A DNA stretch of 35,810 bases from positions 1 to 35,810 of the forward strand of contig DASZOW010000076.1 in NCBI GenBank assembly GCA_035550615.1. Direction: 5' to 3'. Positions within the stretch are counted from its first letter, which is position 1; every line of letters starts with the position of its first letter. Under the pieces are notes generated by a model that saw only the letters and a program-made list of their open reading frames with translations, did not search any database and was not told the DNA's origin. Source of the stretch: Puia sp. (GTDB lineage Bacteria > Bacteroidota > Bacteroidia > Chitinophagales > Chitinophagaceae). Made by a program: the position numbers and the translations under genes. Of the stretch, positions 18,713 to 25,788 are shown piece by piece.

Positions 18713-19567
18713 ATGAAACTATACAAGACAAGTCAGGGGAATGTCGTCGGGGACGGCAATCGGTACTACCGGATCGGGCTCCCATGGGATGAGCTGATCA
18801 ACCGCAGCGGGCTGCATCACCATTTACAGACGTTGCTGCCGCATGCGGAGCTGCTTTCTACCGTACAGGCCGATGCGATCCTGAACAGCGCTTTGCAGGC
18901 GCCGGTCGGCGCACAGGAGGTTTGGGCTGCCGGGGTCACCTATTTACGGAGCCGCGATGCAAGGATGGAAGAGTCAAAGGAGTCGGGCGGCGCCAGTTTC
19001 TATGACAAGGTTTATGAAGCCGAGCGGCCGGAACTTTTTTTCAAATCGCAGCCTCACCGGGTTGCAGCGCATGATGAAGCGGTGTATATCCGGCGCGACT
19101 CTGCCTGGAATGTTCCCGAGCCCGAGCTAACGCTTTTTATCAACTCCAGAGGGGAGATCCAGGGGTATACGATCGGGAACGATATGAGCTCGCGCAGCAT
19201 CGAAGGGGAGAATCCGCTGTATCTGCCCCAGGCCAAGGTCTATCAACGCAGTGCTGCGCTGGGACCGTGTCTGTATATCCCCGCCGATCCGATCCCACCT
19301 GCGACGCGGATCCGGATGATCATACAACGGAATGGAAGCGCTGTTTACAGCGGTGAGGTCGCCATCAGCCAGATAAAACGTAAGCTTTCCGAACTGGCCG
19401 GCTGGCTGTATCGCGACATGGATTTTCCCCAGGGTTGTTTTTTGATGACGGGCACCTGCCTGGTTCCCGACAACGATTTTACTTTAAGAGAAAAAGATCG
19501 GGTGGAGATCACCATCGATCATATCGGCACGTTAAGCAATACGGTCAGCTATAAATCCGGGCAATAG
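18713..19567 (+). CDS. Fumarylacetoacetate hydrolase family protein, probable 2-dehydro-3-deoxy-pentonate dehydratase (KdaD/XylX type)
   Basis: EVWAAGVTY, RPELFFK, WNVPEPEL, GNDMSSRSIEGENPLYLPQAK, MTGT. Confidence 0.85.
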   Translation: MKLYKTSQGNVVGDGNRYYRIGLPWDELINRSGLHHHLQTLLPHAELLSTVQADAILNSALQAPVGAQEVWAAGVTYLRSRDARMEESKESGGASFYDKVYEAERPELFFKSQPHRVAAHDEAVYIRRDSAWNVPEPELTLFINSRGEIQGYTIGNDMSSRSIEGENPLYLPQAKVYQRSAALGPCLYIPADPIPPATRIRMIIQRNGSAVYSGEVAISQIKRKLSELAGWLYRDMDFPQGCFLMTGTCLVPDNDFTLREKDRVEITIDHIGTLSNTVSYKSGQ

Positions 19568-19595
19568 AACGGATGAGGGGATTAAAAGACAATGC

Positions 19596-21017
19596 ATGAA
19601 TAAAATGGACTGGCAGAGACTGTATAGCCCTATACGAACCGGATCGCCGGTTTCATCGAGCGCCGCGCGGTCATCGGAGGGAGCGGGCATTTCCGATCCG
19701 CGGATGCGTACTTCTTTTTTGCGGGATTACGATCGCATCGTTTTTTCCTCCGCTTTCCGGAGACTGCAGAATAAGACGCAGGTGTTTCCGCTTCCCGGTC
19801 CCGTATTCGTACATAACCGGCTTACCCATAGCCTGGAGGTTGCGTCGGTGGGCCGTTCGCTCGGGAAGGCGGTCGGGGATGCGCTCGGGGATAGGTATGC
19901 CGGGGTTGGCGAGGAGTTCCGCGAGTTCTATAAATATGAGCTGCCGTCGGTGATCGCTGCCGGCTGTCTGGCGCATGATATCGGCAACCCCCCTTTTGGG
20001 CATTCCGGTGAGGATGCGATCCGCAATTTCTTCCGCGAGCTGACGGGGGATGGGAAAAAGCGTTTCGACCAGGAGCTGACGCCCAATCAGCAACGGGATT
20101 TTCTTTTTTTCGAGGGTAACGCCAATGCGTTCCGGACGCTGACGCATAGTTTCAATGAGCGGACGCCGGGCGGATTTCGGCTGACCTATGCGACGCTCGC
20201 TTCGATCGTGAAATATCCTTGTGACTCGCTGAGCGGCTTCGACAAGCGATCGCTGGCGACCAAGAAATCCGGGTTCTTCGATTCCGAGATCGGCACCTAC
20301 CGGCAGATCGCCACGGCGCTTGGAATACCGGAGGCAGATCCTGCGCGGAATGTCTTTGCCAGGCATCCCTACGTCTATCTCGTAGAAGCGGCGGATGATA
20401 TTTGTTACCGGATCATCGATTTTGAAGACGCTCACCGGCTCAATATCATTTCTATCGATACCATCCGGGAGCTATTTCTTTCTTTTTTTGACGAAGAGAC
20501 GGGATATGACGCGCGGGACAGGGTGGAGAAGATCTTCTTAGATATCAATGACGACAATCAAAAGGTGCAGTTCCTGCGGGCCAAACTGATCAACCTGCTG
20601 ATCCTGAGGGTGCGGGATATCTTTATGGAGAAGGAGGCCGAGCTATTGGCGGGTACGGTTACCAGGTCGCTGATCGATTTTCTGCCGTCCAGGGAGCTGG
20701 CGTTGGTCAAGGCCATCGATGCCTTTTCGGTCCAGCATATCTATAACCACCGGTCCGTAGTGGAGATCGAGATTGCGGGGTATAATGTCATCGGGGGTAT
20801 GCTCAAAGAGTTTTACGGAGCGGTGCTTCATCCCGGTTCCGTGAAGTCGGAAAAGCTGCTGCAGCTCATCTCCCGGCAATTCGTGATCACGGGGGCGCCT
20901 GACCGTCTTTATGAAGATACGCAGGCGGTCGTCGATTTTATATCCGGGATGACCGATCTGTATGCGGTCGACCTGTACCGCAAGATCACGGGAATGACGT
21001 TTCCGCAAATACGGTAG
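19596..21017 (+). CDS. dgt: Deoxyguanosinetriphosphate triphosphohydrolase (HD-domain dNTPase)
   Basis: RDYDRI..SSAFRRLQNKTQV, HNRLTHSLEV, AHDIGNPPFGHSGE, FEGNAN, EAADDICY, DFISGMTD. Confidence 0.93.
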   Translation: MNKMDWQRLYSPIRTGSPVSSSAARSSEGAGISDPRMRTSFLRDYDRIVFSSAFRRLQNKTQVFPLPGPVFVHNRLTHSLEVASVGRSLGKAVGDALGDRYAGVGEEFREFYKYELPSVIAAGCLAHDIGNPPFGHSGEDAIRNFFRELTGDGKKRFDQELTPNQQRDFLFFEGNANAFRTLTHSFNERTPGGFRLTYATLASIVKYPCDSLSGFDKRSLATKKSGFFDSEIGTYRQIATALGIPEADPARNVFARHPYVYLVEAADDICYRIIDFEDAHRLNIISIDTIRELFLSFFDEETGYDARDRVEKIFLDINDDNQKVQFLRAKLINLLILRVRDIFMEKEAELLAGTVTRSLIDFLPSRELALVKAIDAFSVQHIYNHRSVVEIEIAGYNVIGGMLKEFYGAVLHPGSVKSEKLLQLISRQFVITGAPDRLYEDTQAVVDFISGMTDLYAVDLYRKITGMTFPQIR

Positions 21018-21127
21018 CTACACGGCGGTCCGGCTTCTATGAGAAAGGCAGGGCCATGCCCCAGTTTTCCGGGATTATGGTTTTCGTGTAGAAAATTTAT
21101 TACATTTAATGTGGGAGATCTACCTAA

Positions 21128-24100
21128 ATGGGGAAAAACCTTTTCCTACTGTTCTTCCTATATTCTGCCGCCTATGCACAGCACCCCGGAGAGACCTTAA
21201 CGCCGTCTCCTGTCCGTAATTTTATCGTTCAGCAATATAACACCGACAATGGATTGCCCCAGAGCAGCGCCAAGGACCTGCTGTTGGACCGGAACCATTT
21301 CTTATGGATCGCCACGGAGGATGGTCTTGTACGGTTCGACGGGCAGCGTTTTCATGTCTACAATATGAAGAATACGCCGGTGTTGCAGATAAACCGGTTT
21401 GCGGTGCTGTCCGGTAATCGCGGTCAGGAGGTGCTGGTCCGCTCCGAATTCGATCCTGCCATTATCTTCAGGGTCCAGCCGGACTATCGCATCGTCGTGG
21501 ATACACCGTTATCCCGGCTACCGCATAAGCTGATGACGTATCATTCCAATGGCGTATTCGATGCCGGTCCTTTGTTTGCTGCGGGGGTAGCGAATATCGA
21601 TATGGTCCTGCTGGATAGCCTGCTTAAGTCGCCGACCTACTGGATCATCAACGACAATGAAGCGGTCATCCGTAATGGAGATGATTGGTTTTTTCTCAGC
21701 AGGGCGCCAGCGCGGATGATCAGGCTGCCCGTGGCCAGGGGTCAGGGGCCGGGGTCCTACGCATTTTTCAAGGACGATGTTTTTTGTGTTCCCGGGCGCT
21801 CGGGCGCGCAGTTCTTCCGTCATGGCCGGCAAGTGACGATAAGGCTTGACAAATCGATAAAGCCCTTGTTGGATGGCATCGCAGGCCATACGCCGAGTTC
21901 CATCGGTCTATATACCAAGGGTAATCTGGCCATTGCCAGGGCTGGTACAGATATCTATATCCTTAGGATAGACGCGGACACCCTGAAGGCGAGCCTCCTG
22001 TTCGGCGGGTTGACGTTTCTCGCGAATCAGCCGGTCTTTGCTTTCCAATACGACAGCGTTTCCGGCAAGCTGTTCGTGGGTACTACGAGTCAAGGACTTT
22101 TTGTTGTCAGTCCCCGGCAGTTCCATACGCTCGATTTTCCGGTGCAGGATTATATCAGCAATGTGTTTTTAGCGTGTCTGCCGCTCTCCGGCGGCCGGAT
22201 CCTTACCAGTAACGGCATTTTTGATCCGGATCACCGGAAGGATATCCTGTTCAGTCCGGAGGAGCGACCCGACCGCCATTGTCTGTTCCGATCCACCGAT
22301 GGCCGCATCTGGCTAAGTATTCGAAAACAGCTGCTGATCTATGACAGCAGTTTCACGCATCTGACCGACCCCGATCCACATCCCATAGATTCTTATGTCA
22401 GCGATATGGTGCAGGGGAGCGACGGAAATGTTTGGATCAGCTCGTTGTATTCCTTATGGAAGTACAAAGATGGAAATTTACAGCAGGTCTTGAGCAGGGT
22501 ACCGTATTTTCTGAAGCATAATATCGAGACGATCGCGGAGGTTAGTCCGGGGACCCTCTGGATCGGATGCTGGGATGGAATATTCAGCTTCGATATGGCT
22601 ACCGGCCGGTTAGGGGCGGCGCCATTGTTACCCCATGTCTATGCCCGTAACATTTACAGAGCGCATGACGGGAGCATTTGGATCGGTACATATGGCAATG
22701 GGTATTTCAAATATATCGATGGGCGGTTCATTCCCCTTCCGCTGGATGCGCATAAGTATCTCAGTACGGCGCATGGCTTCCTGGAGGATGACAAAGGATT
22801 TTTCTGGATAAGCACCAACCATGGACTTTTCCGCGTTCCGAAGAGCGAGCTGGATGCCTATGCGGCTAGCGGCAACGGGGCCGTCTTTTTTGAATATTTC
22901 GACAAGAGCTTTGGGTTCAATACCAATGAATTCAATGGAGGGTGTTCGCCGGCGGCGTTTGTGGACCGGCGGGGCAGGTTCTATTTCCCCAGCCTCGATG
23001 GGCTTGTCTGGTTCCATCCTGACAGCGTCCGGCGGGAGCTTTCCGGGACGACCGTGCTGATAGACGATCTGCGGGTCGACTCCGTGCTCTGGGACCCGGC
23101 GCATCCGGTGGTGAGTTCCGATTTCAATCGCATTTCAGGCGATGTTTCGACTCCTTATTTCGGTCATGAAGATAATCTGCAGCTGGAATATCTTATCGAG
23201 CCCATGGGTCAAAAGTGGTATCCGATCGGCAGGGATGGCAAGATCGTGATCAACAGGCTGCCGTATGGGCATTATGTGCTTCGGGTAAGGGCGCGCAGAG
23301 GGCCGGAGGAGCATTCCGATACGGCGATCGACTTCGAGGTATTGCCGCATTGGTACAATACCCGGCTGTTCCTTATTATCGTGGCGGCGGGCTTTGTTTT
23401 CCTGGCATGGCTGGTGTACAAGCTACGGATGCGCTGGCTGCTCCGGCAGAATATGCGGTTACAGCAGAAAGTAGAAGAACGGACCAGGGAACTGGAGGAG
23501 AGTTCATATTTAAAGGAATCGCTTATCTCCGTGATCATGCATGATCTACGGTCGCCGCTATTTTCCATGTCGCTGCTGATCGATCATCTGATCATGCAAC
23601 ACAGGCAGATAGGCCCGGCGGAGATGGATGATCTGCTTGGGCAGGTGGGGAATGCCAACAAGGACCTATGCCGGTTCAGCAATGATTTCCTCGCCTGGTA
23701 CAATACGCACAGGGAAGGGTTCAATGTGCGTAAGGAGTCATTGGATCTGCGGGCCTTTATCCAGGAGACTGCGGGACTTTACCAGGATATTGCCCGGCGG
23801 AAGGGGCTGGTACTTGGCGAGGAGGTGCCTGCCGGGTTGATCATCTATTCCGACAGGAATCTGCTGGCGGTCGTCGTTCGTAACCTGTTGGACAACGCCA
23901 TCAAATATACCCGGAAGGGTAGTGTCCGCATCGATGCCGAAAGAACGGAGAAGGGGATACTGATACGGATCACCGATACGGGTATCGGGATGACCGCGGC
24001 AAAGATCGCCCATCTGCTTAGCGCGGAAAAGGCCGTGGATGCCAGTTCTTCGTTTGGCTACCGGTTCATTACCGAGCTGCTCCGGCCGCTGGGCGGACGA

Positions 24101-24163
24101 CTGGATATCCAGAGCGTTCCCGAGCGGGGCACTGTCGTGACGATCCTGCTGGATGGGGGATAA
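21128..24163 (+). CDS. Sensor histidine kinase with beta-propeller (Reg_prop) and Y_Y_Y ectodomain
   Basis: Signal peptide AAYA|Q; NGLPQ, LWIATEDGLVRFDG repeats; LPYGHYVLRV; TM after PHWY; H-box MHDLRSPL; NLLDNAIKYT, DTGIGM. Confidence 0.88.
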   Translation: MGKNLFLLFFLYSAAYAQHPGETLTPSPVRNFIVQQYNTDNGLPQSSAKDLLLDRNHFLWIATEDGLVRFDGQRFHVYNMKNTPVLQINRFAVLSGNRGQEVLVRSEFDPAIIFRVQPDYRIVVDTPLSRLPHKLMTYHSNGVFDAGPLFAAGVANIDMVLLDSLLKSPTYWIINDNEAVIRNGDDWFFLSRAPARMIRLPVARGQGPGSYAFFKDDVFCVPGRSGAQFFRHGRQVTIRLDKSIKPLLDGIAGHTPSSIGLYTKGNLAIARAGTDIYILRIDADTLKASLLFGGLTFLANQPVFAFQYDSVSGKLFVGTTSQGLFVVSPRQFHTLDFPVQDYISNVFLACLPLSGGRILTSNGIFDPDHRKDILFSPEERPDRHCLFRSTDGRIWLSIRKQLLIYDSSFTHLTDPDPHPIDSYVSDMVQGSDGNVWISSLYSLWKYKDGNLQQVLSRVPYFLKHNIETIAEVSPGTLWIGCWDGIFSFDMATGRLGAAPLLPHVYARNIYRAHDGSIWIGTYGNGYFKYIDGRFIPLPLDAHKYLSTAHGFLEDDKGFFWISTNHGLFRVPKSELDAYAASGNGAVFFEYFDKSFGFNTNEFNGGCSPAAFVDRRGRFYFPSLDGLVWFHPDSVRRELSGTTVLIDDLRVDSVLWDPAHPVVSSDFNRISGDVSTPYFGHEDNLQLEYLIEPMGQKWYPIGRDGKIVINRLPYGHYVLRVRARRGPEEHSDTAIDFEVLPHWYNTRLFLIIVAAGFVFLAWLVYKLRMRWLLRQNMRLQQKVEERTRELEESSYLKESLISVIMHDLRSPLFSMSLLIDHLIMQHRQIGPAEMDDLLGQVGNANKDLCRFSNDFLAWYNTHREGFNVRKESLDLRAFIQETAGLYQDIARRKGLVLGEEVPAGLIIYSDRNLLAVVVRNLLDNAIKYTRKGSVRIDAERTEKGILIRITDTGIGMTAAKIAHLLSAEKAVDASSSFGYRFITELLRPLGGRLDIQSVPERGTVVTILLDGG

Positions 24164-24253
24164 GTTATTGATTTGTAATGAGGGTAGCCAAGCCGTATGC
24201 TGGCATAATAATTATATTATCCATTCTCATCAATTACGGCTAAAACCTCATTT

Positions 24254-24487
24254 ATGTTCAATAAGTTTCCCATACATTTTACTTACGACGGTGTTCAATA
24301 TCGCGGTGAGATCAAGCCGCTTCAGACGGGTGTTCAGCATCGCATCCCCACCAGTTTTCAAGTTGTTCTCAACAATGTTTATTGCGGCCTGGTCAAGCGG
24401 CGGGGTGCGGATTGGGAAACCGATTCCCCAAAATGTGCGATCATGGTGGACGTCATAGGGAATCAGATTTACGACTGGTATGAGTAG
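24254..24487 (+). CDS. Hypothetical 77-aa beta-rich protein
   Basis: ATG after A/T-rich leader, protein-like composition, followed by an intrinsic terminator. Confidence 0.7.
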   Translation: MFNKFPIHFTYDGVQYRGEIKPLQTGVQHRIPTSFQVVLNNVYCGLVKRRGADWETDSPKCAIMVDVIGNQIYDWYE

Positions 24488-24529
24488 AGTTTATCCGGTG
24501 TAATCATTACGGTATCGGCAATTCGAAGA

Positions 24530-24567
24530 TCTACGCTATTGTTTATGGCGTAGACTTTTTTATTTTT
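24530..24567 (+). terminator. Rho-independent terminator
   Basis: Stem TCTACGCTAT / ATGGCGTAGA (10 bp, one G-U), loop TGTTT, then CTTTTTTATTTTT. Confidence 0.8.
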
Positions 24568-24685
24568 GTACGGAACCTTCGAAGCTTTGTTATGAACGAA
24601 TTATTAAATTTTGTTTGCGGCCTTTTTGGACCTCAAACATGTTCAAAAAATCTATCACCTTGGGTCCTCATCTCAAGAAAAAATA

Positions 24686-24919
24686 ATGATTACGCCAGCA
24701 GACAAGAAGGTCTTAAAGCGGTTCGGCGAGAACCTGAGAAAACTTCGTAAGGAGAAAGGATTGAGTCTCCGCGAAATGTCGTATGCCTGTAGTATCGACA
24801 ACAGCAAGATCGCCAAGATCGAGAAGGGCATGATCAATATAACCTTTACCACGCTGCTGCAGTTGGCTGTCGCCCTGGAGGCTCATCCTTCCGTTCTGCT
24901 GGCATACGAACCCGAATAG
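24686..24919 (+). CDS. XRE-family helix-turn-helix regulator 1
   Basis: FGENLRKLRKEKGLSLREMS...IAKIEKG..NITFTTL; ATG at 24686 after A-rich leader. Confidence 0.9.
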   Translation: MITPADKKVLKRFGENLRKLRKEKGLSLREMSYACSIDNSKIAKIEKGMINITFTTLLQLAVALEAHPSVLLAYEPE

Positions 24920-24972
24920 CGCCGGGACAAACCTGGCGCCCGGATGGTTAAAATGGCGCTGTGTCCGTATAA

Positions 24973-25004
24973 GGGATACGGATACTCCGGTATCCTCCTT
25001 TTTT
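24973..25004 (+). terminator. Possible intrinsic terminator between the two XRE genes
   Basis: GGATAC/GTATCC stem followed by TCCTTTTTT; an alternative pairing is possible (see findings). Confidence 0.4.
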
Positions 25005-25064
25005 GTCTTTCCAACCAAACAGATTTATCGACGCCGCGGCCGCGGCATTTAAAGTAACTGATCT

Positions 25065-25295
25065 ATGGACAGACAGGGGGATTTTTTGCGTCTGCTTGGG
25101 CGCCGAATCAACGAATTGCGGGAGGAACGGAGGTTGACGATCGAGGCGTTGGCTATGCTGACGGGGCTCGATCCGGGTGATCTCGCGGCTATGGAAGCCG
25201 GGAAGATCGATATTCAGCTTACTACCATCTACCGTCTCGCGCGGGGTTTGGGGATAACTGCCGGCGAATTCCTGAATTTTCCGGGAGACATATAG
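25065..25295 (+). CDS. XRE-family helix-turn-helix regulator 2
   Basis: LGRRINELREERRLTIEALA...AMEAGKIDIQLTTIYRLARGLG. Confidence 0.85.
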   Translation: MDRQGDFLRLLGRRINELREERRLTIEALAMLTGLDPGDLAAMEAGKIDIQLTTIYRLARGLGITAGEFLNFPGDI

Positions 25296-25431
25296 TGGTT
25301 TTCGTATATGGGCGTAGAGTTGCCGGAAGGTTATTTTTCCCCGTAGAGTTACGGCGCAAATCTCCTATTGCGTCCGGGCTGCTGCTTTCGTATATTGAAA
25401 ATCTGTTATTCTATGAAAAAACTTTAATCTT

Positions 25432-25671
25432 ATGACAACGCTCGTTGGTGTGTTTTTTTCCCTGATCTCCATTTTCGGCCTGTTTAAAGGTTCTTCCAAA
25501 CGTCATCTTCGCCGGATCGTGATCATCGCGATCTCGCTTTTTCTGATCCTCGGCCAGGTCCTTTTTATGAACAGTGTGGTACATATCGAGAGCCAGCAGT
25601 TCATTGGATTTTCCGGGTTGTTGAGCGGGATTATTTTGATCCTGGCTTTTCAGAAGGATGAGGCGTGGTGA
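25432..25671 (+). CDS. Small hypothetical membrane protein (about 3 TM segments)
   Basis: Three hydrophobic stretches with a basic loop KGSSKRHLRR; TATATTGA -7-like box upstream. Confidence 0.6.
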   Translation: MTTLVGVFFSLISIFGLFKGSSKRHLRRIVIIAISLFLILGQVLFMNSVVHIESQQFIGFSGLLSGIILILAFQKDEAW

Positions 25672-25777
25672 TGATGCGGGGCGATGGAGCGTGGGGACCG
25701 GCCGCGTCTCGAAATCGTTTGCGCAGTTTGTCTTGCGGAAAGGCGGGGGGCCGGCGTTTCGGTTCTCAGGCAATCCT

Positions 25778-25785
25778 TATCTTTA
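25778..25785 (+). promoter_or_regulatory. Putative -7 promoter element (variant TATCTTTA)
   Basis: One mismatch to TAnnTTTG, 3 nt before the ATG at 25789. Confidence 0.5.
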
Positions 25786-25788
25786 AGG

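Noticed and set aside
19596-21017. dGTPase as an anti-phage defence system
   Set aside because: Looks like the ordinary housekeeping dgt in a metabolic context; no defence or mobile genes adjacent
24161-24178. TAAGTTATTGATTTGTAA as a tyrosine-recombinase/att-like site
   Set aside because: Single AT-rich occurrence overlapping a stop codon; no partner site or integrase in the window
24686-25671. XRE genes as toxin-antitoxin or restriction-modification controllers
   Set aside because: No recognisable toxin, nuclease or DNA methyltransferase adjacent
25669-25788. TGA-TGA read-through fusing the membrane protein in frame to GH3
   Set aside because: GH3 has its own -7 box and signal peptide at 25789, and the intervening translation is not protein-like
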